From the NCBI GenBank assembly GCA_024137785.1, contig JAHRHZ010000093.1, positions 3,910,087-3,974,086 on the forward strand: a stretch of DNA of 64,000 nucleotides, read 5' to 3'. The first letter of the stretch is position 1. Every line of letters starts with the position of its first letter. The position numbers were made by a program, and so were the translations under genes. Source of the DNA: Ginglymostoma cirratum (Eukaryota). Below the pieces are notes generated by a model that worked only from the letters and a program-made list of their open reading frames with translations, had not been told where the DNA came from and searched no databases. Positions 36,910 through 50,229 of this stretch are shown in pieces.

Positions 36910-38051
36910 TGTAACTGATGACTTGATGTATTTATTCAGACATATGTACACATTCTCAAAATAAAACCCCACAGGATTTGTCAGAATAATTTGAACCATG
37001 ATCTCATATTTATTATTTAATGCCAGTCTGGTTCTTTGCAAACTGTTCACAATTTTCAAAAGCTACAGAGTAAGACTCTCAACTCTCTAGTTCACTTATT
37101 GAAAAAAAATCAACTTTCCCTTTTATGTTCAAAAGCACACAGTAAAGTAATATTAAACATGAGCCTACCTACTTAAGCCATGAAGAATTAAGAAAATGTG
37201 TCACTGATAGCTCCCTTCCTCCAAAAAAAAATTGTGCAAAATCTATCAGAGCTCCAAAATGGCTTTTTCTCTTTTGCTTTGTTTCATCATACAAGTTAAT
37301 GTAATCATTTCCACAAATCATAATTGTCAAGTGAAAAATAACACTGTACCCCTCAGGCTTCAAAAGTCAAACGTGCCATATTCATCGTGCAACTCTGCTC
37401 TTATCTGTATCCTGTAGTTCATCCCACTTATGACCCTTCAAGAATTCCAAAGGAATCACAAAGTGCTCATAAAATCTCCAGTATACTTCATTGAGCAGGT
37501 TAAGTACAAGCCAAAGTTATTCACGCACCATTCATCAGGTACTCATTAAATACTTTGGAAATGCACTATAAACTATGACAGTGCGATCACAGTTGCTGAA
37601 TATAGAGCTACAAAAATTTTAATTTTTTTTTTTTTAAAAAGTCTGCTTGCAGCATGTGACTCTAACCATGCCTAAAGCCTCTAATTATATATAAATATAA
37701 TACGTCAGTCAATCTAATTATTTCATGCCTACAAAACGTCTAGCAAAAACAACCTCCCCATCCTGCCATGGTTGTGTCTAATACTGTAAAGATGATGTGG
37801 CCACAAATTCATTAGATCCCTTCTTACAAAATGTCTCCAGACCTGCTTGTGAGAACATTACATTCAGTTTCTCTAAATACATTTCAATTCACTTCCTGCT
37901 TAAACGGTCAATTTCAAATATAAAGCCATTGCCTACATTGTTTTAAGGCTTTAACATCGCTGCAGTATCACGGCAGGTTACAGTGACACTCTGTTTCATA
38001 CAATTCCCTTACACGGGCATTTGACACCTCCATGCATTGTTTATTGAAACT
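36910..38051 (-). other. Probable RNF145 3'UTR with poly(A) signal candidates
   Basis: AT-rich, repeat-free sequence after the stop; minus-strand AATAAA at 38045-38040, 37014-37009 and 36936-36931. Confidence 0.55.
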
Positions 38052-38492
38052 CTACTGTATTACAGACAATTGTTGATCTTCATCCTCACAAAGTTCTGCT
38101 GGATGTGAAAACTCAATTTTGCCAGCGAGAGCGCCATTTTGTTCACGTCGATGTTCACCTGTGCCGGGATCTCCATGGGAACTGCAATCAGTATTCAGAG
38201 CTTTCTGCCCCTCTTCTTTTTGCCCCACAAGGCCATCTTCAGAATGGATAGCTAGAACTGAATCATTACCAGCAGGTCCATCCTCTTGTCCAACCAATTC
38301 TTGCGTCGCTCTTGTCTCATTATGGGGCGATTGCTCTCCTAGAGCTTGCGCTGTTGTTGTCCCAACCTGCTGCCCTTGAGATTTCAGCTGCTGATGACAA
38401 AATGGGCATGTTTCTTGTACATATAGCCACTTCTTGAGACAGGCAGAGTGAAAGAAATGGCTGCATGGTGTAATCACAGCAGAATGCATGTC
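38052..38492 (-). CDS. RNF145: RNF145 last coding exon (441 nt): C-terminal part of the RING-H2 finger plus acidic tail, TAG stop
   Basis: Reads DMHSAVITPCSHFFHSACLKKWLYVQETCPFCHQQ...; acceptor TAG at 38495-38493; stop at 38054-38052. Confidence 0.96.
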   Translation of the reverse strand, partial: DMHSAVITPCSHFFHSACLKKWLYVQETCPFCHQQLKSQGQQVGTTTAQALGEQSPHNETRATQELVGQEDGPAGNDSVLAIHSEDGLVGQKEEGQKALNTDCSSHGDPGTGEHRREQNGALAGKIEFSHPAELCEDEDQQLSVIQ

Positions 38493-38629
38493 CTAAAGGA
38501 AAAAAAAAGCAATTTGGTAAGCAACATATTAAAATGTGTAATTCTGCAAGCCCAAATTATGGCTGACAATTTAAAGTATCCTGGGCAGCAAAGGATTTAA
38601 GGATATGTGTTTGCTCCACAGATGCCACA

Positions 38630-39890
38630 ATACCACAAGATAAAGCAGCAAATTAGGCCATTCAGCTCGATTCTATTCTGCCTCTTGATCATGGCTTATA
38701 CGTTTCTCAAACCCATCCTTCTACTCATAACCCTTGGTCTTCTCACCAAACCAATAACCTAGTTCTGTGTTAAGTACACCCTATCACTTGGCCTCCATAG
38801 ACTTCTAAGGCAACAAACCCTTCATTCCTGGGATCACTCATGTTAATGGCCTCTGGACTCCCCTTTGCCAGCACATCTTCCCCTAGCTACGGAATCAAAA
38901 ACTGCTCACAATATTCCAGATGTGGCCTCAGCAGAGCCTTATACAGCCTCTGAAGTACATTTCTGCTCTTGCATTTAGCCCTCTTGAAATGAATGCCAAC
39001 ATTGCACTTGCCTTCCTAACTGCCAACTGAAGCTGCATGTTAACCTTAAGATAATCCTGAACTAGGACTCCCTCGTCCCTTTTTGCTTTAGATTTCCAAA
39101 GCCTTTCCCTGTTTAGAAAATAGGCTACACCTCTATTCACCTTTCCAAAGTGCACAACCTCACGCTTTCCCACACTGTATTCCATCTGCCACTTCTTTGC
39201 TCACTCTCCTGGCCTGTCCAAGTCCTTCTACAGCCTTCCTGCTTCCTCAACACTCCTGTCCTTCCACCCATCTTGGTGTCATCTGCAAACATAGCAACAA
39301 TGCCCTCAGTTCTTTAACATACAGTGTGAATATTTGAAGTCATAACATTGACTCCTGTAGAACACCACTTGTCACTGGCTGTTATCCTTTATCCAATTCT
39401 CTGCCTTCTGCCAGTCAGCCAATCCTCTATCCAGCACCTTGCCTCAACTATCATGGACTCTTATTTTATTTAGCAGCTTCCCATGTGGCACTTTGTCAAA
39501 GGCCTTCTGGAAATCCAAACACATCACATTCATTGGCTCTCTTTTGGCTAATTTGCTTATTACCACCTCAGAAGATTTGGACAGATATGTCAGGGATGAC
39601 CTCCCCTTGACAAAGTGGTGCTGATTAAGCTCTATTTTTAACCATGCACTCCAAGTGCTTCACGAATCAGATCCTTAATAATGGACTCTAAAATCTCAAA
39701 AGACTGAGGTCATGCTAACCAGCCTATAATTTCCTGTCTTCTGCCTCCCTCCCATCTTAAACAGGGGTGTTACATTAGCCATTTTCCAGTCTTCTGAGAC
39801 TTTCCCTGACCACAATGATTCCTGAAATATCACCAACAATGCCTCCACAATATCCCTAGCTGTCTCCTTCAGAACTCTGGTGTAGTCCAT
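38630..39890 (-). mobile_element. CR1-type LINE fragment (RT and 3' tail) in the last RNF145 intron
   Basis: ORFs give RVLKETARDIVEALLVIFQESLWSGKVSEDWKMANVTPLFKMGGRQKTGNYRLVSMTSV and KREVVHFGK...AVRKASAMLAFISRG; gatttccagaaggcctttgacaaagtgccaca encodes DFQKAFDKVPH. Confidence 0.93.
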
Positions 39891-42037
39891 TCTGCCCAGC
39901 AGATCTGCTAAGTTTCTCGAGCAATTGGTTTTTGTTTCAGATTTCCAGAATCTATAGTTCTTTGTTTTATTTCACTCAATTAAACAGTTCTGATGTAAAA
40001 TCGAGTAAAGTACAAACTATTAGGATTGAAAGAGACTCAAATTACACCTTAAACTCATGCATACGATTCTTTGTACAGTCTTATGAACTTTAAAAGTACA
40101 ATTTTCCTGTTTTCATTTAATATAACAAGGAAATAGAAATTTAGCAGATTTACCTGTGACAATATATTGTTAGCAATGCACCACAATTTTAGTGGCAATT
40201 TGCTCAGAAATGTATCAATTAAATTAGTTTTCATTAGTCAACACGAAATATTAAATTTAAAAAATTAGGTGACAACTATATCTGTTAAAATGGAATTGAA
40301 ACAGTTTTTATTCAAAAAATAACTGAAATGTGGTTCCTAGAATTAAGAGTGATGCCAATGTCATTATATGAGGAAATGAAACATTAGTACAGATGACCAA
40401 AAAAGTAAACTTTTTGTCAATCACCCACTTTAAAGTATACTGCATTAACACCAAGATTGCAAAACTGGTCTCCTAGATTGACAGGGCAAATACACAGATC
40501 CACAATATCCTATGTAATAAGCAAAAACAAGATTCATTGCTCAAACTCTGAAGGGAGGGAAAGGTCAGATAAAGTCACCCTGACAGCTTGAGAATCACCT
40601 GGAATGTAGATATAAGTATTAAAATAGACAGATGCTTACAAAGGCTGAGCCAAAAAGAAACGCATAATATACTGACGACAACATGGATCCTATCCTCACT
40701 GTAATTTGTACAGCCAAAAAGGTCTTGGGTTAAAATCTATTGCAGCCCACTGAGTAACCCAAACTAGAATCAGGGAAGAATAGAAATCTAAAGGTCAGGT
40801 TTTGTCTCTAACCAGTAACTCCATGTACATTAGCACATTGAAGTGAAAGGAAAATAAACAGAGACAACACACATGAAAGAGGAGAACAGAATGCTCTGCC
40901 CTTCTTAGTTGGACAGACTGCCAACTGTCCATATTCACACATGAAAACTAGTAGTTAAGTTTGGTAGTGGAGCATTGCCAGTACCAGTGGAATGGCAATT
41001 TGGACTAATCCAGATAAAAGAGCAGAATGAATTGTGGTGGGAATTACAATATTATGAAGAAACTGATGATCCAGCACTGTCCTGAATAAACCTCAAAGTA
41101 CCAAACTTCAGGCAATACTTTTAGAAACTGTAAAACCTGTCCTTCAGGTCACCTTCAATAAACAGCCACCTGTGCAATAAAGCCAGCGATTCTCAAAACC
41201 AATAGGTTTCTAATTTACATGTAATTCAATAGAACCTGCAATTCAATTAAGCAGCCATCTGCTAACCTGGAAACAGACGCTAGTTTTGAAACAAACTGTT
41301 GAGAGGAGAAATGCGAATGGAACCTACACCTGGATTAAGAACTCCTCTCAAACATACTTCTAATCACTGTTTAAAAATGTTTTGTTATGATTACCCTTTC
41401 AAAACTCAAAGACAACAGCTTGATACAATTCATAGGCTGGTTATAATTACACAACCAAGGAAGGAATTTTTTTTGCTCAAAATGTTGATCGCAGTATATC
41501 TGTGAGCTAACTATTAAATCTCCTTTTTGTTGGAAATTCTTTTAAATTAAAGAATGTACATTTTCTACCCACAATGGGTAGAAGACCAAACTTTTTCTGA
41601 TTATTAGTAACAGATTTGCCTAACTATTTCTCTTCCATTACAGTGGTTACCTCTATATTTTACTGCTTATACCAAAACGGTAATTACCAGCACACTGTCC
41701 CAGTATTTATGCTTGTCCCTGAAATCCAACAATGATACTCATCTACTTTGAACTCTACTGGAGGCCTATATTATATAAACAAATGATTCAAGTCACTCAA
41801 ACACTGTTTGTAAAACAAATTACTTGGAATAAGTTTTGTTTGCATTTAAACCATTTTCATGACATAAGTGTCACTAGAAGGTGATGGAAAGAATTTTATA
41901 TCAGTTAGGAATTAGCAGAAGCAATACACATACAGAACGTGAACTGAACATAAGGACAGCCAACTGTGATCTTCCTGAATGAGTGTTTAGGTACTAAAGC
42001 CAGGGTTTAAGTGTTGCACTGGTGCCATGCTACATAC

Positions 42038-42394
42038 CTGGTAACAGATGGAACAAATGTCATTGTGCTCTTCAAGCTGCTCTTTAGTGGCAGTTGGCAG
42101 AGAGTTGATCTTATTTGCTGCATCCCTGCGGAGAAGAAAGCTCTTCCATCCCAACTGTGCTCGAAGCCAGACATTGAAGTAGGAATGGACAAAGATGATG
42201 GATGAACCCATCCAAGTCCACTCCCCTAATATCGTTTCTGCTACTCCATAAGCAACAACACACAAAGCCACCAGGAACTCGAGCAAGCGATATGTGCCAT
42301 TCACATAGTAGATCACATCGTCAAGGTTTTCCATTGGTTCTTTACTAAATTCCTCCACCATAAAAAGGATGTAAATGAAGAGTGTTCCAAGTAC
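42038..42394 (-). CDS. RNF145: RNF145 penultimate exon (357 nt)
   Basis: Reads VLGTLFIYILFMVEEFSKEPMENLDDVIYYVNGTYRLLEFLVALCVVAYG...HSYFNVWLRAQLGWKSFLLRRDA...HNDICSICYQ; TAG acceptor, GTATGT donor. Confidence 0.97.
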
Positions 42395-43194
42395 CTATTA
42401 ACAGGGCAAACTTGTATTAAAGGATGGTTTTAGCATGATGTCAACTGCCAAGATGTAAAAAACAGCAATTCCAATTAATAGATTTGTTATTAATTGAACT
42501 TGAAAAAATAGTATTTTATAATACATGCTATTTGTTATTTGTCTGTTTGAATTATACTACTAGAAAATATTCAGGTTTAACTGCACGCAATATTGAAAAT
42601 TGAATGTATCCACGTCATCCTAAAAGGGATATTGAATGATATCCAGTGATGATTTCAGTATTTCCATTTTCAATGCAAAAAGCTTACAAGTTGCTGCCAA
42701 ATAAAAATGGGCTTTTTTTTAAAATGAGATTCTACTTACGGGTCATAATTTCATTACCCTTAGCTATATTACATTATCAAAACACGAATTTTAAAACCCA
42801 CTAAAACCCAAGATAAAAATTCCTCTAAACTCTCATTGGATAAGTGTTTGGACTGGAAAATGCTACTCTTTGTTTTAGAAGATGAATGAATCTGTACTAT
42901 TAAGGTTAATTTAATAAGTCAATGAGAATGTATTTGCAGTTACTGTACTCAACAAGCGAGAACAGGCATTCAGTAAAAAAAAGTGGCTTTGCTCAAAACA
43001 TCACTGGACGTTATTCAATATCCCTCTCAGAATGATCTATCCCATTAACAGCATGCATAAGAGGTGTAAGGGACACATTAATTTCTTTCTACTAGTGTTG
43101 TCCCAAGAAATCATTTTGAACTACTTCCCTCAAGGCGAGGTAAAGTTGCCACACACATTGCCTGGCTATTTCTGGAATTATAAACATAAGTCAC

Positions 43195-43700
43195 TCAGCT
43201 AGAGGTTGAGTATGCTGGCTCAATGGGTGAGACCTGAATATTGAAGGGTATTTCACAAGACAAGAAACACAAGAAAGGCAGTGGAATAGCTCTGCTATTG
43301 AAAAATGGGATCAGTACAGTACTGAGAAACGAGTTTGGTTTGGAGGAGTGAGACCATAGAATCGGTTTGAGGGAGTTATTAATGGGAGCACTGGAAACTC
43401 TTCTGATAGTCAATATTCTGTAGAATAGATGATAACAAAAAATATTGGGGGCTTGCAAGAAAGGTACTATAATAGTCATGGAAAATTTTAATCTTCACAC
43501 AGATTAGACAAATCAAATCTACAAAGGTAGCTTGCAGGACAAATTCAGTGTATAATTGAGAAAGTTTCCCAGAGCAATACATTCTGCAAACAAGAAAACA
43601 TAGATGTTTTTGACCTGGTAATGTTTAAGAATTTAATCATTTATCTCAAAGTGTAAGGATCTACTTGCTAAGTGTCATTAAAATATGATAGAATTTTACA
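43195..43700 (+). mobile_element. CR1 endonuclease-domain fragment
   Basis: ggctcaatgggtgagacctgaatattgaagggtat...ggaatagctctgctattg...tagtcatggaaaattttaatcttcac (GDFN-like). Confidence 0.65.
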
Positions 43701-43839
43701 TAGCAAGAAAAGTAGATGGGAAACTTCAGTCTTAAATTTAAATTACAATTACATATTATGTTACCAGGACTAAAAAAAAAAAGAGTCTGTTTCTTCTTCA
43801 CTGTTGCACAACATGTTGTTCTAAGAGAAATTTTCAATT

Positions 43840-46720
43840 TCATAGAAACAGAAAATAGATACAGGAGTAGGTTATTTGGCCCTTTGAGCCTGCTCCACCA
43901 ATTCAATATGATCACAGTTGATCATCCTAATCAGTGTCTTGTTAACGCTTTTGCACCACACTCTTTCACCCTAAGAACTATATCTATCTCCTCCTTGAAA
44001 ACATTCAGTATTTTCACCCTAACTGCTTTTCATGGCAAAGAATTTTACAGGCTCACCACTTGAAGGGTGAAGAAATTCCTCTCATCTCTGTCATAAAAGG
44101 CCTAGCCCAAGTCCTGCGACTGCAATCCCTGGTTCTGGACTCCCCAGTCATTGGGAACACCTTTCCCACATTTAGCCTGTCCTATTAAAATTTTATAGGT
44201 TTCTATGAAATACCCTCCTTAGTTCTCTATACCCTAGTGAATACAGTCCTAACTGATCTGGTCTCTCTTTAAATATCAGACCTGCATCAGTCTGGTAAAT
44301 TTTTAGCAGTTGCACTCCCCTGATAACCAGATCAACCTTCCTCAGGAAAGGAGATCAAATATGCACACGATGCTCCAGGTGCAGTCTCACCAAGGCCCAG
44401 TACAATTTCAGGAAGACATCCCTGCTCCTGTACTCAAATCCTCTTGCAATGAAGGCCACCATGCATTTACCTTCATCACTGCCTGCTGCACGTGCAGCTT
44501 AATTTCAGCAACTGGTGTAGAAGGACACCCAGGTGTCGTTGCATGCTTCCCTTTTCTAATCTATTGTCAATTTATAACACATGTTCCTGTTTTTGCTATC
44601 AAAGTGGATAATCTCACATCTTTGCAAATCATACTTCATCTGCTATGTTTTTGCCACTCACCCAACTTGTCCAAATCACAGTGAAGCATCTGTGGATCCT
44701 AATCAAGAGTCTACCTTCCTGCCTAGCTTTGTGTCATCTGTAAAGTTGGAGATACTATTTAGGTCCCTCATCAAAATCATGCATATAACTTGTAAATAGC
44801 TATGATCCAAGCATTGATTCCTGTGGTACCCAACTGGTCAGTGGCTGCTACTTGGAAAATGACCTACCTATTCCTTTTCTTTCTTTGCTCTCTGCCAGAT
44901 CGTTCTGTATCCATGTCACTATCCCACCCGAATCCGTGCACTTAAATTTAACTTGCTAATCGTTTGAGAGCAACATTATCAAACTCCTTCTGAAAGTCCA
45001 AGTAAACCACATCCATGGGTTCTCCTGAACAATTCTATTAATTACATGCTTGAAAAGTTCCAACAGATTTGTCAAGAATGATTCCTTTCATAAATCCATG
45101 CTGCCTCTGTCAGGTCTTGTCACTGTTTTGCACGTGCTGTGCTATTACATCTTTTATCTACTCTCCAGTCCATAGGAACTGGTCCAGAGTCTATAGAATC
45201 TTGAAGGATGACAACCAATGCATCCACTCTTTCTACAGCCTCTTAAGTACTCTGGGGTGTAGATTGTTGGCCTTTAAATTTCCTTCCATTCCTCCCTCAC
45301 TACACCCTGTGTTTCCCAGCGTCTTTGGGACACTACTTTTATTCTGCCCTCACAAAGGAGGACAAAAATGTATATTAAATTATTTTGTCATCTCTTTGCT
45401 CCCCATTATATCTTCCTCAGTTATTGATTGGAAGGAATCTTCATTTGTCTTCACATGCATATAAAAGCTTTTCCAATCAGTTCGTATGATCATCAAAGCT
45501 CAGTTTCATACTCTTTCTCCTCTCTTAATAGATCCTTTTGTCCTGTTTTGTTGAAATCTAAACTGCTCCCAATCCTCAGGTCTGCTGCTATTTTTGGTCA
45601 ATTTCCCCTTCTAGGATCTAATGTTATCTCTAATTTCCCTTGTTAGTTGTGGTCATCACCTTTCTGGTTTTATTTTTGTGCCAGACAGGAATTAACAATT
45701 CCTGAAGTTCCTCCATACACTCTATAAATGCCTGCTATTGCCTGTCCTCTATTATCCTTTTTAGTAATGTTCCCCAATTTATCATAACCAGCTTGTGCCT
45801 CATACCATGGTAGTTTCCTCTATTTAGATTCAGGACGCAAGTCTCAAAATCAACTATGTCACTATCCATCATAATGGGAAATTCTATCATATTACCATCA
45901 CTCTGCCCCAAGTGGCCTCACACAGCTAGCTCGCCAATTATTCTCTCCTTATTGCACATAACCAGTCCAGGATGACCTGGCCTCTCGACAGTCACTCAAA
46001 GAATTGATCCAGAAAATCATCTTGCAGATGCTCTGGGTATTCCCCCTCTACACTATTGTTACTGATTTGACTTGCCAATTTATATGCAGATTAAACTCCA
46101 AAATAATTACAGTTGTACCTTTATTCTTTGTGCTTCTAATTTCATATTTAATACTTTCCCCTACGTACAGTCCAAAGTATCATTTTGGGATTTCCAAGAT
46201 CCACCTGTAGAGATTCCACATCACCATTACAAATATCCTTCCTCACTGTCGTTTTAATGTCTTCTTTAACCAGCACTGATACTCCACCTCCTTTTCTTAT
46301 TTGTCTGTCCTTCCTGAAAAGTGACTACCCCCGGATATTCTGTTTCCATTTCAGGTCACCCTACAGCCATTTTTGCGTAATCCCAACTGTATCGTATCCA
46401 TTTCTCTATTTGCATGGCTAACTCATCCACTTTATTGTGGATGCTCCATACAATAAGTCTTGTCTTAAAAATTTTCACCCTGTTCACATTATTTAGCACT
46501 GTGGCTTGAATTTTCTGCCTATCGGTTTTTGAAGTTCTGGTTCTTTTAGGTTCCTATTCCCCCTGCCATTTCAGTTTAAACACTCCCGTTTGCACAAGCA
46601 AATATTCCCAAGGATATCAGTTCCAGTCTTGTCCAGGTCATACCTCTCCCAGTGCAGGTCTCAACAGCCCAGGAATCTGAAACCCTCCCCCTTGCACCAT
46701 CTCTCCAGCCACATCTTCGT
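43840..46720 (-). mobile_element. Long decayed CR1 LINE: 3' tail, RT, endonuclease and ORF1 end, with internal deletions
   Basis: 3' tail catagaaacagaaaatagatacaggagtagg...gagcctgctccaccattcaat; RT remnants gtgtcatctgtaaa (F.DDT), ctgtggtaccc (GVPQG) and ttatcaaactccttctgaaagtcc (DFQK.FD). Confidence 0.88.
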
Positions 46721-46959
46721 CTGATGTATTGAATTTCCTACACTGTGAATACACTCTCTAGGTTACCTTTGCTGATGTGATTTGCATAATCCTAATGAGT
46801 TTGAAGTCTGTATGTAGCAGTGACTTCCAAAATTGGAAGTCAATGTGCCAGCATGCCAGCTGGCACTCTCAAACCCTTGGAGCAGCTATACAGTCTCGGA
46901 GCTTAGTGAGAACATTGGCACGAATATATGAAAAGGAAAAGGGTAGTGATGGATTTCTT

Positions 46960-47370
46960 TTTCCATTCATGGCGTGTGGACGTTGCTCCCAAGACCAGCA
47001 TTTGTTGCCCATCTCCCTAAATACTTTTGAACTCAGTGGCTTGCTGGGTCACTTCAGACAGCAGTTAAAAAGCAATGTGTTGACGTGGTCTCATGTCACA
47101 TGTAGACCAGGCCATGTAAAGACACTAGACATCCTATTTCCAGGGAGACAGTAGGGTTGTAGCAATTTCTCTAGGTTAGTAATTCAGGGGCTTAAGCCAA
47201 CACTTTGGGACATAGGTTTAAATCACACCATAGCAGCTGTTGGAAATATAAATTTAATTAAGTGTTAAAATCTGGAACTGAAAGTTAGTCTTAGTAATAG
47301 TGATCATGAAACTCGCATCGATTGGCAGAAAGACACATTTGATTTATTGTCTGTCGTTCATTGGGCCCTT
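46960..47370. mobile_element. Two oppositely oriented SINE fragments of the 63412-63762 family
   Basis: ccagcatttgttgcccatctcccta...gtcacatgtagaccagg (minus), then ggtttaaatcacaccatagcagctgttggaaatataaattt (plus). Confidence 0.65.
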
Positions 47371-49560
47371 AGTGAATAGGACTGTGAAATTATTAACATG
47401 AAACAGAAAAATGGTAGAGATTTAGAAAAAACATTTTGTATATGCCCTCACAGCAAAAGACAAAAAAGGCTCAATAACTGTCAAAAAGCAAGGGGCAAAA
47501 TGGAAAGGGGAACAATCATGATTACTAAAGAAAAGTTAATGGTAAGTTTCCGGGACCTGCATCCTCTTCACCTTAGGGCATTTAAAAAAAAATGGCTCCA
47601 GAGACCGTGGACACATTGTTGTAGATTTCAAAATGCTCCTATTTCCGGAAATGCCTCAGCAGATCAGAAAACTGCAAAGTAACACCTCTATTCAAGATAG
47701 GGGCGAGACAGAAAACAGGAAACTATAGGTAAGTTAGTGCAACATCTATCTTTGGGAAAATACCAGAATTCATTATTAAAGGAGGACTCACAGGACATTC
47801 AAAAAATACATTCAGGCAAAGTCAACATGGTTGCATGAAATGGGAAGTGTTTGGCAAATTTATTTGAGGATATAAGAAGCAGGGAAGTAAAAGGGGAATC
47901 AGTATATGTAGTGTACTGAAATTTCCAAAACAAATTTGAGAAAGTGCCACATAAGGCAACGACTCATTGTTTTGGGGTGATACATGAGCAGGGATAGAGG
48001 ATTGATTAACAAACAGGAAACACTGTAAAGGCAAGAAGGGTATTTCTTAGGTTACTAAAGTAACTAATGAAGTTCTTCAGGGATCAGCACTCTGACCTCA
48101 ACTATTTACAATCTAGGCTGATGACTTGGATAAAGAGACCAAATTTACTGCAATCAAATTTGCTGCGGCTACAAGGACAGGTTGGAATGCAAGTTGTGAG
48201 GAGGATAAAGAGAGTCTGCAAAGAGTTAGGATAGGTTAAGTGACTGGACAAAACTTTGAAAGATTGTGTATAAAGTGGAAAAATAAGAGGTTGTCCACAA
48301 GGAAGAATACAAAAGTAAATTATTATTTAAATAAAGAGAGACTTTAGAATGTTGCAGCACAGAAGTTATCTGGCTTTCCTTGTATACGAATCACAAGAAG
48401 TTAGTATATGGGTACAGATAGTAATTAGGAGAGCCAATTAATTTTTTTCCAAATATTTATTGCCATGCCTAACTGCCCAGAGGGCAGTTGAGAGTCAACT
48501 ACATTGCCGTGGTTATGAAGTCACAGGTAGGCCAGACTGGGCAAGGCTGACAGATTTCTTTCCCTGAAGGATATTAGCAAACCAGATAAGATTTTCTTGA
48601 CAATGGCCACATGGTCATTGTCATCTGCCATGGCTGGATTTGGACCTAGGTCTCCAGGTCATCGCCTGGATGAGAAGATTAATAGTCAAGTGATAGAATC
48701 CACAGAAGCCCTATAGTGTGGAAACAGGCCAGGGAAACAGCCCAATGAGTCCACACCGACTCTCAGAAGAGCATCCCACCCAGACGCATTGCTCTGCCCT
48801 AGCTCTGTAAGCCTGCATTTCCCATGGCTTTCGCACCTAACCTACACATCCCTGAACACTATATAATTTAACATAGCCAACCAACCTAACTTGTGCATCT
48901 TTGGACTGTGGGAGGAAACAGAGCACCCGGCACAAATCCATGCAAATACAGGGAGAACATACAAACTCCACAACACAGTCGCCCCAGTGTGGAATTGAAC
49001 CTGGGCCGCTAGCACCGTGAGGCAGCAGTACTAACCACTGGGCCATTAGGCCATCACCTCCCTCAAATATTGACCGTTATTGCATGAGAGACTGTGTATA
49101 ATAGTAGGGAAGTTTTGCAACAACTAGGCAGCTCACCAGACTATTATGTACAGTTTTGATCATCTTACTCAAGGAAGAATATATGTCTATTAGCATCTGA
49201 AGAATCACAAGGTGATTTCTGGAATAAAGGCTGTTTTATGAAGTTAAGATTCTGAGGGACCTTGACAGGGTGGATGCTGGGAGGACTGTTAGGGAATACA
49301 GACCTGGGGTGCATGGAAATAACTGGTCTTTTATGTAAGTAGTATGAGAACAGGAATTTCTTCTTTTCCATAGAAAGCAGTGGAGGCTCGGTAATTGAAG
49401 ATATTCTAAATTAGACAGATTTATGATCCTCAAAAGAGTCAACAATGATGGGGTACAGGCAGGAAAGGGGAGTTAAGGCCACAATAAAAGCAGTCATGTT
49501 CTTGCTGAATGCCAGAGAAGGTTTGATGGCCCTAATGGCCACTCCTAATTCTATTCCATA
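47370..49560 (+). mobile_element. Decayed CR1 LINE (RT and 3' end) interrupted by nested SINEs
   Basis: gtaacacctctattcaagataggggcgagacagaaaacaggaaactatagg (VTPLFK.G.RQKTGNYR), agtcaacatggttgcatgaaa (SQHG), cttcagggatcagcactctgacctcaactattt (PQGS.LGP.LF remnant). Confidence 0.88.
48695..49045 (-). mobile_element. HE1-like (V-SINE) tRNA-derived SINE
   Basis: Minus strand has A box TGGCCCAGTGGTTAG, B box GGTTCAATTCC, a V-domain-like GGAGTTTGTATGTTCTCCCTGT...TTCCTCCCACAGTCCAAAGATG and a CR1-type tail. Confidence 0.88.
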
Positions 49561-49734
49561 TCCACTTATGAACTTGGTACTGGAGAATTCTCTTGTCTTC
49601 ACAAGATACAATTTTGGAAGTGAAGGCGCTGACAATAAAAAAACCTGCAAATGAAGTAAACACAGAAAAGAATAGAAATAGACCTCAACGTAACAGATGG
49701 GCTTTTAAAGAAACATATTCTTGTATGGGATACG

Positions 49735-50050
49735 CATATTATTGGCAAGGCCAGCATTGGTTGCTTATCCCTAACAGCTCATAAACTGAGTGATTTGCTA
49801 AGCAAGTTCAAAGGGCAGTTTAAGAGTCAGCCACAGTGTCACATGAAGGCCTGACGAGTAAGGATGACAGATTTCCTTCTCTATAAAATGTCAGTGACCC
49901 AGATGGGAATTTACAAAAGAAAAACATCTAACCACTACAGAGAATAGCATTACATTCCAGAATTTTTTATTAAATTTTAAATTCCGTTTGAACCCATGTC
50001 ACCAAAGCAACATGATGATCCACTGGATTATGACTCCAATGACATTACTG
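49735..50050 (-). mobile_element. SINE of the 63412-63762 family
   Basis: ggccagcattggttgcttatcccta...gggcagtttaagagtcagccaca...gtaaggatgacagatttccttc...tttgaaccc. Confidence 0.75.
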
Positions 50051-50229
50051 AGGCAGGGATATAATTTATGGTCTCCCAGCCCTGAACTGAGCATAGCAGA
50101 CCCATACAGCCCTGTGTCTGGTTATTGGGTCCAGATTTACCACCTGTCTTGGGCTCGGAACAGGGCCATTAGACTACTGTCTCCCCCACTGGAATGGTTT
50201 GTCAGATAACAGACATCCAATGTGAGATT

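Noticed and set aside
48990-49045. tRNA genes suggested by A/B boxes here and at about 62600 and 63700
   Set aside because: These are SINE heads followed by SINE bodies, with no complete cloverleaf.
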